This document shows positions 23,874 to 37,680 of a stretch of 64,000 bases of DNA, one piece after another. This stretch comes from Octopus sinensis (Eukaryota). The notes beneath the pieces are model-generated. The model was not told the DNA's origin and searched no databases. It worked only from the letters and a program-made list of their open reading frames with translations. Where the stretch lies: the NCBI RefSeq assembly GCF_006345805.1, contig NW_021831826.1, positions 1 through 64,000 on the forward strand, given 5' to 3'. The stretch's first letter is position 1. Every line of letters starts with the position of its first letter. A program made the position numbers and the translations under genes.

Positions 23874-24604
23874 AGGCGCGGCTGTGTGGTAAGACGCTTG
23901 CTTCCAAATCTGGTTTCGGGTTCAGTTCCACTGCGTGGCACACTACTCATATGTTTTCTACTGTAGCCATTGGACTCTCAAAATCTTCAGGAGTGGATTT
24001 GGTAGATGGAAACGGAAAGAAGCCCATTGAGACTATTCTTTTACTTGTTTCAGTCATTTGACTGCGGCCATATTGGAGCTACGCCTTTAGTCGAACAAAT
24101 CGACCCTATGATTAATCTTTGTAATCCTAGTACTTATTCTATCAGCTTTTTCCAGAACCGCTAGGTTAAAGGGAAGTAAACACACCAACATCGGTTATCA
24201 AGTGATGGTGGACGGACAAATATAGACACACGAATACACACACACACACATACGACGGGCTTATTTGAGTTTCCATCTCTGAAATCCACTCACAAGGCTT
24301 TGGTCGGCCCTTAGCTATAGTAGAAGACACTCAGCCAAGGTGTCTCGCAACGGGACTTAACCCGGAACCATGTGTTTCATACTCTACGGCCACTCCTATG
24401 CCTATATAAGTCTGTCTGTAAATATCAGTGTGTGTGTGTGTGTCATTGTGTCAGTGTTTGTCCCACCGCTTGACGACCTGTGTTGGTTTGTTTACGTTCC
24501 GGTAACTTAGCGATTCACCAAAATACTCCAATAAAATAAGTACAAGGCTTAAAAAATTAAGCACAGAGGTCAATTAGTTCGACTCAAAACTTCTCAAACC
24601 AGTG
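23874..24604. mobile_element. Nested inverted SINE-1 pair, U3
   Basis: Copy of 322-1021. Confidence 0.85.
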
Positions 24605-24983
24605 GCATCTCTATATATACACATAATCCTTTCCAAGCCATGTTCGTTAAAGGAATTGTTCGTTACACGAGTAATTGAAATACTTACAAATAAAAGAAAT
24701 CCGTTCATGCCACTCCCCAAAGCCACATAAAAGTATATATTATACCTTAGCGTTGATACAATAGAAAATCATGTAAAAGGTCGAATGTAGTGTGACTGCT
24801 CAGTTTAGTTTACCACTAAAACACCGGCTTGAACAGAAAAATGTGGTGCACAAATTGGGTATCATGGTTTTAAGGTGTGGTTGATCATTGAGCGGAGGGA
24901 CATAAATTATAACAGATTAGGAGCAAGAAAAACATTTAGCCTTATTCAAGAACATTCATTTTATAATTTATAATATAAGTATT

Positions 24984-25349
24984 GGCGCAGGAGTGGCTGT
25001 GTAGTAATAGGCGTGCTTACCAACCACATTGTTTGGGGTTCAGTCCCACTGCGTGGCACCTTGCAATAGTGCGTTCTACTATAGCCTCGGGCTGACCAAA
25101 GCCTTGCTAATGGATCTGGAAGACGGAAACTGAAAGAAGCCCATCATGTTTGTGTGTGTGAGTTTGTGTGTCTCTGTTTGTCCCCCACCATCGCTTGACA
25201 ACCGATGTTGGTGAGTTTACGTCCATGTAATTTAGTGGTTCAGCAAAGGAGACTCATAGAATAAGTGCAAGGCTTACAAATAATAAGTTCGATTATAAAG
25301 GTATTGCTCCAGCATGGACGCAGTGAAATGGCTGAAAGAAATAAAAGAA
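24984..25349 (+). mobile_element. SINE family 1, full length, U3
   Basis: ggcgcaggagtggctgtgtagtaa...ggggttcagtcccactgcgtggcacc; orthologous to 1403-1768. Confidence 0.85.
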
Positions 25350-25747
25350 CTGGGCAGAGTGGTTACAAATATGCACAAAGTCTCTTATAACTGTTTCTAG
25401 AATAGCTAAGCATGTTATTGAGTAAAGAATTCCATCTGAGCAAATCATTCCGTTATTGGAGAAAGAAGAAGAAAATGCAGAAATGCATAATATCCTTTAT
25501 CGAGGATATTATTCGTTCCCAGTCTTTTGGGAAACCATGGAATTCTCAGATAAATGTGTTTGGTATTTTCGTGATCGAAGAGTTAGTAAAGTTTCTAGGA
25601 AGGTCCCTGGCAAAGGATAATGGAAGTTATCAGTTGCATCTTTGAATAGAGTTTAGAGATGGACAGAAAATGTCTGTTTGTACAGACACGGATTCTCGCA
25701 CTGTCATCGTATATAAGTATAGAGAGTTAAATTAAATTAAGTGAGGA

Positions 25748-25782
<35 letters not shown>

Positions 25783-25814
25783 AATTGAGAGGAGAGGATT
25801 ATTTAGTAATTAAG

Positions 25815-27039
25815 GACGAGTAAAAGCAGATGTATAAACGCCTGTCGCCTCATTGTATATTTGACTACCAATGTGGGCCAGAGTGATTAAATCGCCAAAC
25901 TGGAAATACCCAGGACCGGATGGGGTACAAGGATATTGGCTGAAAATTTCCCCAGCACTACACAGAAGAATAGCCAAGCAAATATATAAAATGATCAACA
26001 ACAGTGTACAAATCCCAAAGAGGCTGGCCACAAGTAAAACAATTCTTTGCCAAAATAATCCCAACAAAGCAATGCAGTGGATAATCACCGGCCTATCACC
26101 TGTCTGCCCCTCATGTGGAAGCTGATGACAGGAATAATATTTAATTAGGTGTATGATTTCCTGGAAATAAATTACAAAGCACTAGTGGAAGAGAAAGGGT
26201 ACAGAAAGAATAGCCAAGTTACACTTACAGACTATTATGGTATCAGAACGGAAAATGAAAAGGGAGACAGTGTTTGTAAGCAACCGCACACGATCAGGCA
26301 TTCATAACTAACTACATAAAATCCAAAATAGACAAAAACCAGGCAAATTCCCAATGTAGAGACTTTTAACATGAATTCACACAGAAAAGGGAGTCAGCAG
26401 TGAAGGCCAGATAGCAAGAAAGTAATATCACTGAAGGCAGAGAATCATAAGTGCTTCGGAGTATTAGAATCTGAGAGTGTACTAACAATGGAAATGAAAA
26501 CAAAAATAGCTAAGGAGTACATCGGAAGGTTGAAGAAGCTAATGAAGGGAAAGCGAAGGGTTCTAAATCTAGTAAAGGTTGTAAAAACTTTGGGAAGTGT
26601 CGTTACTTCGGTATTCAGCAGAATTTGTTGATTGGAAAAGATCTGAATTAGCAAATCTAGACAGAAGAACTAGGAAGGAATTCAATATGAATAGAGGACT
26701 TCAGCCTCGATTAGGAAGAGCAAGATTGCACTTACTTAGAATAACGAAGGTGGAAGCGGTTTAATATCAGCAGAAAGTAGGGTAGAGTTAGCTAGAGTTG
26801 ATATATATAATAATGAATAAAATTTATGATTTGCCTGAGTTATAGTAGGAGATAGGAAAGGAAAAAGCCAAATGAAATTAAAACAATAAAAAAAGTAGGA
26901 AGATAATCTAACTGACAAGAGAATGTATGGCAATGTCGATTGGCAAAGATAGTTGCAGGAAATAGTAATATTGAGACATGGTTATGGTTGCTGAAAGGAA
27001 GCTGAAAAGGGAGACAGAGTTTCTAAGCAAAAATTAATT
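25815..27039 (+). mobile_element. Old R4/Dong-clade fragment, RT core deleted (U3)
   Basis: Same deletion junction as U2, at ~26389. Confidence 0.9.
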
Positions 27040-27943
27040 GTAAGGTCGGACTTATATTTCGGAGAGATCTATGAAAATTAACATCCACATCATGTGATGT
27101 ATTACAATAATGATTGCAGGTGTAGGTTTCAGGACTAATGATTGTCCATTACTTGAACGTTTGCGCTATCAGCCCTATCGTAAGCATTTGAGACAATGAT
27201 ATTCCATTGTCCCACACCCTACCGTCTTAACCACGGAAAGAACACAACACACATTGCGATTTAAGTAAATCAACGGCATGATCATGGCCGAAAAGCCTCT
27301 GATCATAGTCTTGTCATCATTGAACAACAAGCATTCTTTACAAATAACTGAAATATATTCTGCGAAACGAGGAAAATTGGCCGGGTTTCCATTTTAGTAA
27401 CTAGAGCGATGAGGTCCTATTTTTGAGCAGATATCGCCATCCCAATAATCGGTAAAAACAATGGCGTTTGTTTTAGAAAAGCGACAAGTAGATAAGAATA
27501 TTCTGTGGGTGTTGTCAGGACATATGAAAAATAAAGTTTTGGTAATATAATAGAAGTCGAGGACATGAAATCGTGATTAAGGTCGTGATTTCAGATCCTG
27601 GGACGAGTGGTGTTTTGTGCGCAGAACAATTCATCTTATGTTGCACAGCGACCATTTCAACACTCGACGTGTAGGAATGGTGACTAGCTGGAAAATGGAT
27701 TTATTTTCCGGATATTAAAGAATTTCAGCCAATCACATACATCAAGAAAAAATACTGCCACTCTCGTTTTAAAAATAATTAGAGAATTATTACAACAGGG
27801 TATTTCAATCAGTATGCTTTTCGGATAGCACCTGGAAGGTTGAGACAAAGAACTTATATGAGGCAAGAGAATATTCCGATAAGTGGATAAAACATTTAAT
27901 TTCTGTCAAAAATTCAAACCGAAGTCATATTTGGGGCCGTCTC
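27040..27943 (-). pseudogene. Type-1 GPCR-like remnant, U3
   Basis: Near-identical to 12641-13522. Confidence 0.55.
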
Positions 27944-28215
27944 TATAAAGGTAAATCAATTTTTGTTACTTTTCTTTTAAGATTTAACATTTGTATCTAC
28001 ACACACATGTATATATGATTTATTTTTCCCTCTCTCTCTATCTTTCTATAACTATGCAAATTAATACAATTAAGTTGTTCCTGACGATCATTTGTCGGTG
28101 AGATTTTGGTTCCAAGCAACCATAACGTTGTTACATGCACTTCAGAATTATTATTCAAACATTTCTTTGTCCTGTTCATCCTATATATAGACTTCTACAT
28201 AAACACATATGCATA

Positions 28216-28678
28216 GGCGTGGCTGTGTGGTAAGAAACATGCTTCACAAGCAGATAGTTCCAGGTTCAGTTTCACTGCATGGCAATTTGGGAAAGTGTCT
28301 TCTACTATAACCTCAGACCGACCAAAGCCTTACGAGTGGATTTGGTAGACGGAAACCGAAAGAAGTGCGTTCTATATGTATCTATATATATTGAAGCATA
28401 TGTGTGTTTGTGTGTGTGTGTGTGAGTTTGTTTGTTTGTGTATGTGTGTTTCTGTCTTTGCGACTATGTTTGTTACCCATTCATATCTTGACAGCAAGTT
28501 TTTTAAGGCCCCTCCTTAACATTGCGGTTCGGCAAAAGCGGCCAATAAAATAAGTACTTGGCTTACAAAGAATAAGCTCCGATGTCAATTTACTGGGCTT
28601 AAAGGCTTTTGATATGGTGCTCCAGCATGACCGTGGGCAAATGACTTCAACACGTAAAGGAATTTAAAGAATAAGAAT
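28216..28678 (+). mobile_element. SINE family 1 in upstream module, U3
   Basis: Copy of 13787-14247. Confidence 0.8.
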
Positions 28679-28759
28679 ACACCTTTATATGTGTGTGTGC
28701 GCATGCGTGTGTGTATATATATAAATGCGTATGAATATATAAATATGTACTTATATACC

Positions 28760-28795
<36 letters not shown>

Positions 28796-28859
28796 AGTGT
28801 TTTGCCTCGTACACATGTGCATGATTTCCAACACACATGTAGACACACGCTCACATATA

Positions 28860-28868
28860 CATTCATAT

Positions 28869-28909
<41 letters not shown>

Positions 28910-29240
28910 TATATATACATATATACATATATATATATATATTATATATATATATACATATATATATTTATATATATATACATATATATATATATATAAT
29001 ATATATACATATATATATATTATATTTATATATATCTATATATATATATATTATACATATATATTTATATATATATATATATATATCTATATACATTATA
29101 TACATATATATATTTATATCTATATATATATACTATATATATTATATACATATACATATATTTATTATATATATATATACATATATATATATTTATATAT
29201 ATAATACATATATACATATATATATTTATATATATATATA
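28860..29240. repeat. ~380 bp degenerate (TA)n tract
   Basis: Read directly; shorter equivalent at ~52405-52575. Confidence 0.95.
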
Positions 29241-29324
29241 CAAACGAAAATACATACACACACTCATATGCGCACACATTCATACACACACCATATTTGT
29301 GCGTGTTTGTTTATGTATATATAT

Positions 29325-29550
29325 CCTCATGCATCTTTATATAACCATACATGATTACGTATGACCCCGCGTAGAAATTCTTCGTCCTAAAGTCCTAGAT
29401 TGCCGCCTATAAAGTGGTTTCTGGTTAGGTAGATTGCCAGTGGTTGTGTTTTGTGGGGGAATTGGACAGTCGACTAATTGGACTTCAGCACCTCTGAGAA
29501 ATGAAAGGCAAAGGGTAGTTCGACAGGAAAGGAAATCAGAATGCGAATAG
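29325..29550 (-). pseudogene. Type-2-like C-terminal fragment, U3
   Basis: Copy of 14541-14763. Confidence 0.5.
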
Positions 29551-29813
29551 ATAAATCGAGTTTTGTTATTTTTCTTTTAAGATTTAACATTTATATATAC
29601 ACACACATATATATGATTTATTTTTCCATCTCTCTCTATCTTTCTATAACTATGCAACTTAATAGAATAACGTTGTTCCTGACAGTCATTTGTCGGTGAG
29701 CATTTGGTTCCAAGCAACCATAACGTTGTTACACGCACGTAAGAAATATTAGTTAAACATTTGATTGTCCTCTTCATCCTGTTTATAGACGTCTACATAA
29801 ACACACATGCATA

Positions 29814-30290
29814 GGCGTGGCTATGTGGCAAGAAGCTTGCTCCGCAAGCACATAGGTCCAGGTTTCGTTTCCCTGCTTGGCAACCTGGGAAAGTGTCTTC
29901 TACTATAACCTCGGGCCGAGCAAAGACTTGTGAGTGGGTTTAGTAGACGGACCCGAAGGAAATCCGTTATATATATATATATATACATATGTGTGTGTGA
30001 GTGTGTCTGTGAGTGTATGTGTGGTGCGCGCGCGTGTGTGTGTGTGTGTTTACCTGTGTGCGTGTGTGTCTGTGTGACTATGTTTGCTACCCGTTCACAG
30101 CTTGAGAGCAGTTCTTTTACTCCCGCCTTAACATAGTTGTTCGGCAAAAGCGTTCAAAAAAATATGTACCAGGCTTACAAAAACTAAGCCCAACTGTAAA
30201 TTTCTTCGGCTCTTCGGCTTAAAGGCCTTTCAGGTGGTACTCCAGCAAGGCCGCAGTCAAATGACTTAAACAAGTAAAAGAATTAAAGAG
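29814..30290 (+). mobile_element. SINE family 1 in second upstream module, U3
   Basis: Copy of 15031-15525. Confidence 0.8.
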
Positions 30291-30501
30291 AATACACTAT
30301 TTATATGTGTGTGTAGATCTCTGAATGCGTATGAATATTTTTATATATATATATATACAAATATGTGTGATCGTGTGCGTGTGTGTGTATGTGCATGTGT
30401 GTGTGTCATGTGTGTATGTTAAAAGCCGAACACTTGTGCATGTACTCACACACACAGATGCACATAGACGCCCACATATACATTAATATATATATATACA
30501 T

Positions 30502-30557
<56 letters not shown>

Positions 30558-30561
30558 TCGA

Positions 30562-31360
30562 ACGTACTCAGACAATCTAAAGTTTTTTGTGTATATCGAA
30601 TAATAATAAATTGGTATGCGGATGCTCAAGTGAACAACTTAGGGAATTAGTACAGTCTTTAACCTCTAGTACCTGCATCTGCTGTGTGACTCATGTGGCA
30701 AGTTACACAGGGTGAACTGGGCGTCCCTAAACATTCGAGGCTATGTTTTACTTGAGAAAACCCATGCACATGAAGGTTACAATATACTAAACACATGCAG
30801 AGTAAACCACGTAGAATATCACTTTCATTCTTCTGCTAGTAGCAGAATAATTCAATCCTAGATGTCATTTAATAAATTGATGCTTCATCTTGATAGTAAG
30901 GTCGGACTTATATTTCGGAAAGATCTACGAAAATTAACTTCCATATCATGTGATATATTACAATAATGAATGTAGATGTAGGTTTATGAACTAATGAATG
31001 TCCATTACTTGAACATTTGCGCTATCAGCCCTATCGTAAGCATTTGAGTCAATGATATTCCATTGTCTCACACCCTACCGACTTAACCACGGAAAGAACA
31101 CAATACACATTGTAAGTAAAACGACGGGATGATCATGACCGAAACGCCTCTGATCATAGTCTTGTCATCAGTGAACAACAAGCATCCTTTACAACCAACT
31201 GAAATATATTCTGTGAAACGAGGAAATTCGGGTTTGCATTTTAGTAACTAGAGAGATGAGGTCTTTTTTGAGCAGATATCGCCATCCCAATAATCGATCA
31301 AAAACTTATATGAGGCCATAGAATATTCAGATAAGTGGATAAAACTTATTTAATTTCTGA
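30562..31360 (-). pseudogene. Type-1 remnant with C-terminus, U3
   Basis: SRRMKVIFYVVYSACV and SIRIPIYYYSIYTKNFRLSEY; ~0.4 kb deletion at taatcgat|caaaaactt (~31298). Confidence 0.55.
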
Positions 31361-31552
31361 CGGTAATTTGTCGGTGAGCATTTGGTTCCAAGCAACCATA
31401 ACACCCACCCCCCTTAACATAGCGGATCGGCAAAAGTCACCAATAAAATAACACATAGAAACATATAGACACACACACGCACATATATATACATATATAC
31501 GACGGGCTTCTTTAAGTTTCTGTCTACCAAATCACTCACAGGGCTTTACGCC

Positions 31553-31586
<34 letters not shown>

Positions 31587-31696
31587 AACGTACATATTTG
31601 CACACATTCACATTCACATACACACACAGGTACACTTACACACACACACATACACGCACATATATTTGTTCGTGTTTGTGTATGTATATATATCCC

Positions 31697-33213
31697 GATG
31701 CATTTTTATATAACCAGACATGATTACATATAACACCGCGTAGCAATTCTTGTCCTGAAATCCTAGATTGCCGCTCATATAATGTTTACTCTGGCTTAGG
31801 TAGAATGCCAGTGGTTGTTGTTTTGTGGGGGAAGTGGTCAGTCGACTAATTGGACTTCAGCTCCTCTGAGAAATGAAATGCAAAGGGGACTTCGGCGGGA
31901 AAGGAACTCAGAACGCGAATTACCGACAGAAGCGCTGCAAAGCAATTTGTAAAGTTGTGTACAGGCATTGTGTACAGGCATTGCCGACTATTTTGCTTGG
32001 ATATTCTTGTTTAATATTATATTTTTAATTTAAGCTCTATACTTTTTAACTGTACAACTTATTTTTTCATTCGAAAGTCCTGCGGGGATGGGAAGATGGC
32101 GAAGCATTCAGATCTGAGGTGGTGGAAGCATGTATTTAGTGGTCTACACACAAGTGTCCTATGGGTTTTTGGTTGCATGTGTGCTGAAGCAGTTGAATTC
32201 ATGGAAAATCCTGCTCACCTAGAGACCGGAGACAATGCTATATAACTAAATGGTTGTGAAGATGACGACTGGATGTCCTCTGACCATAGCTTTACTCAAT
32301 CAGGAAACATTGGCTTGTGACGCAGATATGTTTACAATGTTTTCCATCAAACACCTGGAGATACCTGCGAAATCTCTTTCCAATCACACACTCTTATTTT
32401 AGACAATGGAGGACATGGTTGCTAATGTTTGAATAAAAATAATTAGTAGGGTATAATTGGAATGCCTTTGTGCAAAATTACGATCAGTCAGGGCAAACAA
32501 CAACGTCGACAACAACACCCTAAGTAAAACACAAAAAAACAAACAAAGATATGTACCTAAAATTGGCCTCGTTCTCAGACTGTATCACCACATCAAACAA
32601 CGCAATTTTCTGCGTCAGACTTTCTATCATTACATGATACAACGCCATATCGTTAGCTGACAAGAGACATCACTTAGGAGTAACGCTCAGATTTTTCTCG
32701 GGATCCATGTAAATTCAGTGGGTGTTGCTTCGGGAAAATGCCTAGTAAATAAGAAGGATTCTGGGATACTGTCCCACCTATGTCATATAACATGTTAAAT
32801 AATATAATTGGTGTCCAAGGCGAATGACCACGCTGTTAACGGTGTTACATTCGCGATAGCGAGATCGCGGTTTCAATTCCCGTAAAGGGAATTGTATTGC
32901 GTTCTTAAGCAAATCACCTCATCTTATATTACTTTGCGTCGTGTAGAAATGGTGAATTTCTTAAAAATGGATTTATTTTCCGGATATTAAAGTACAGCGA
33001 ATAACATACATCGACAGAAGATACTGACACTGCCGTTAAAAAAACACATAACGGGTTATAAAAAATGTGTACTTCGGTCAGTATTCTTATCCGATACAAG
33101 CCGGAGAATGAGACAATAAACTTTCACGATGAAATAGAATATTCAGATAAGTGGATAAACCTTTTCTAATTTCTGTAAAAAATTAAAACTGAAGTCATAT
33201 TTGGAGCCGACAT
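31697..33213 (-). pseudogene. Most complete type-2 GPCR-like pseudogene (~1.5 kb, no intron evident)
   Basis: ATG at 33213 (MSAPNMTSV); YNPLCVFLTAVSVSSVDVCYSLYF at 33060-32989; SERY at 32691-32680; TM6/TM7-like tail; multiple stops and frameshifts. Confidence 0.6.
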
Positions 33214-33242
33214 TGTAAATGTAAATCAATTTTTGCTACTTT

Positions 33243-33262
33243 CCTGTAAATATTTAAAATTG
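33243..33262 (-). promoter_or_regulatory. Putative 3' splice acceptor 30 nt upstream of the type-2 ATG
   Basis: Minus strand reads ttttaaatatttacag|gaaagtagcaaaaattgatttacatttacaATG; equivalent site in other type-2 copies (~6810, ~18080, ~44325, ~56560). Confidence 0.45.
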
Positions 33263-33621
33263 ATATTTATACACACACATATCTACACTGGCGAGATTAA
33301 ATTTAAGACCGTTGATAATAATCCTATTTCTCACAAAATATTTTGTTACTAACACCATACAAATTATTTCTAACTTTTACACTTTATGGAGACTTTATTT
33401 CTCTTTGGAATGATGCAGACAATAACTAATTTTATACAACTTGAAGAATGCATGAAAGTACTAGTTCAATCAGAGTGGATATTTGATATTCTATCGCTTC
33501 ATTATGTTATCTTATCTTATCATATATTATTATAGGATTATAAATAAATCATGAAAATCAAACTTGGAATTTCTTTCAGTAATATATTCTCCTATACACA
33601 ATCATACATACCTGTGTATAA

Positions 33622-34563
<942 letters not shown>

Positions 34564-34834
34564 AACATATAAGTGAGTTGTGTATGTGCGTGTATTCATT
34601 CAAACAATTACTAAAATATATAGCTGCACCAAGTGGGAAATTCCGTTTGTACAATTGTTCCGAGTATAAATTATTTGATAAACAAACCACTTGACAAACA
34701 GTAGAAAAGTAGACATTCAAGATAAATTTTAATACAGAATAAGCAGGATAAGAAGAAAAAGGCGTAGCAGAGTGTCTTTGAGGAGATCACAGTATTTGAG
34801 ACGAAAAATTTTACTAATAGTAATAATAATAATA

Positions 34835-34872
<38 letters not shown>

Positions 34873-34875
34873 GTC

Positions 34876-36594
34876 AAACAATTCAGTGACGACATCAGAA
34901 TGCAATTCGGCCTCGATAAATGTGCAATGGCTACCTTTATCAAAGGAAAATGACAGAAACATCTAACGTTAACCTTGACCAACAGAATGTCATAAAAGAA
35001 CTAGACCCAGTGGAGAGCTACAAGTACCTAGGGGTAATTGAAGGGACGGAATAAGGCATTCAGAGATGAAGGAAAGGATCAGGAGAGAATGCTATCGAAG
35101 AGTGAGAGCAATACTCAAGACAGAGCTGAATGCAAGAAACAGGATCGAAGCGATCAATGCATTAGCTATACCAGTCGTGACTTACAGTTTCAATATTGTT
35201 AACTGGTCAATTACTGAAATATGTCAGTCGAGCTCGACAGAAAAATAAGGAAACTGTTGACAATGCATAGAATGCACCACCCTAAGGCAGATACAGAACG
35301 ACTCTATCTGCCAAGAAAGAGGGAGGCCGTGGTCTTTTGCAACTGGCAATAACAATGAAGATTGCTACAATTGGCCTAGACACCTACCTGAAAAACTCTG
35401 AGGACTGGATGCTAAACTTGTCTCAAAACTGAAAACAAGAAAGCATCATACTCAGTCACAAAACAGGCAAAGGAATATCTAAGTGAATTCCGAATACAAC
35501 CATTTCGGAATTAGAGATAGATATACAAGAAACAAGCACAGAAAAAGCTAGGCGCATGAAAACCCGTGCCAAAACTGCGGCCTTAGATATTCTGAATAAT
35601 AAATGGCAAGAAAAACCTCTCTATGGGCAAATACCCAAGAGAGCGAATAATGCAGATATCGACAAAGCCCTGACCCATCAATGGCTAATGGTCTCTCTGG
35701 CTTAAAATCTGAAACAGAGGGGTTTATCATAGCAGCTCAAGATCAATGCCTACCACAAGAAACTACCAGGCCAACATATTAAGATCAGAAGCAGTCCAAC
35801 GTGTCGTGTATGCAAGCAACAAAATGAAACCATTGACCATGTGGTCTCCAAGTGCAGTCTTCTAGCGCCTACAGAGTATCTCAACAGGCACGATAGAGCT
35901 GCACAATATATTCACTGGGTAATCTGTAAAAACCTGGATTTGCCCCATGAAAAAAACTGGTGGGAACACAAACCACCCCCAGTGCTTGAAAATGACCACA
36001 TCTCACTCCTCTGGAACTTCACCATTCAAACTGACAGGAAGATAGATGCAAATAGGCCAGACATCATATTGAAAAACTTCAAACAAAGAACATGCCTCCT
36101 CATTGATATGACTGTCCAATCGATATAAACGTATCTGTCAAGACCTACCAAAAACTGAGCAAATATAAAGATCTTGAAATAGAAATCAGCAAATGTGGAA
36201 GCTGAAGACTAAAACAATACCTGTTGTCATAGGTGCCCTGGGAATGATAGCAAAAGGGGCTGATAGCTACCTAATCAGATACCAGGAAACCCCAAAATGG
36301 CAGAAGTTCAAAAGATAGTGCTCATGGGAACTGCTCATATCCTACGCAAAATACTCTCTATGTAATCTCAAGTTTAAAGCAAACATAATTTTCGGTTTAA
36401 AAAAAAAAAAAAAAAACCTTTTTTTTTTTAGACATTCATTAGTACAACATCCCCACCCCCCAAATATAGGGCACACTAGGCATAACAACAACATGAACAT
36501 CCAACCCTGTTGTCTCTTGAGGTCTCTGGGTGAGACTTGGAGACAACTTGTACAAATATAAAGCAAAAGTCAAACATAGAATAATAATAATAAC
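34876..36594 (+). mobile_element. Young 5'-truncated R4/Dong-clade non-LTR retrotransposon (RT end, CCHC knuckle, restriction-like endonuclease)
   Basis: KQFSDDIRMQFGLDKCA, YKYLG, RLYLPRK-GGRGL, LKSETEGFIIAAQDQ, C-X2-C-X8-H-X4-C from 35802, RHD, RPDII, IDMTV, KLSKYKDL; stop at 36363-36365; 3' UTR then (AAT)n; absent from the paralogous site at ~58010-58085. Confidence 0.93.
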
Positions 36595-36604
36595 AATAAT
36601 AATA

Positions 36605-36822
36605 GTCGTTCCTACTATAAGCACAAAGCCTGACATATTCTTGGATGGGGGGAGTTAGTCGATTACATAGCCCCTAGTACTCAACTGGTATTTAATTTAT
36701 AGACCTCGAAATGTTGAAATGTGAAGTTGACCTCGGGGGATTTGAACTCAGAAACTAATGATGGATGAAATACTACCAAGCATTTTGCCCGGCGTGCTAA
36801 CGATTCTGCCAGCTAAACCTCA

Positions 36823-36870
<48 letters not shown>

Positions 36871-37530
36871 CCTGTCTAATGGAAGCACAAGGACAAGTCC
36901 ATTACATCGATCACGGTGTGTAACTGGTACTTAATTTATCGTCTCCGAAAGGGTGAAGGGCAAAGTCGATCTAAGCGGAATTTGAACTCAGAATGTAGTG
37001 AGAGACGAAATACTTATCTCTTTACTACCCACAAGGGGCTAAACACAGAGAGGACAAACAAGGACAGACACGCTGATTAAGTCGATTATATCGCCTCCAG
37101 TGCGTAACTGGTACTTATTTAATCGACTACAAAAGGATGAAAGGCAATATCGACCTCGGTGGAATTTGGACTCGGTGGAATTTGAACTCAGAACGTAACC
37201 GCAGACGAAATACTTCTAAGCGTTTCCCCCGGCGTACCAACAACAACAACAACAACAACAACAATAAAGTGAATATCAAATATATATTGCGCGTGTTTCA
37301 TTGGCAACAGACGACCATCTCCAAATAGAAGAATTTCTGTTTTAACACCCAATTTCAAAAATGCATGACCGTAATAATATTAAATATTAAGTAGAAATAT
37401 TCCGCCGAGGCTGTCTTGGCCTTTTATCCTTTCGGGGTCGATGAAATCAATATCAGTTATGTACTGGGGTCGATGTAATCAACTTACTCTCTCCCCCGAA
37501 TTTGCTGGTGTTGTGCCAAAATTTGAAATC
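36605..37530. mobile_element. SINE family 2 cluster at the U3/U4 boundary
   Basis: Reverse copies at ~36605-36818, 36870-37010 and 37020-37238; forward partial at ~37400-37530. Confidence 0.8.
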
Positions 37531-37680
37531 AATGTGTAGGAGAAATAAAACAAAACACAGCATCACTCACTAATGGACACCATGTTAATGGTTTTAACAA
37601 ATTATAAAGTGAACGGCTTAGAGAGTGTTTCATCTTTATGCGTGTTTCCTTGGATTGAATCTGTGTAGGTGGGCATGTTT

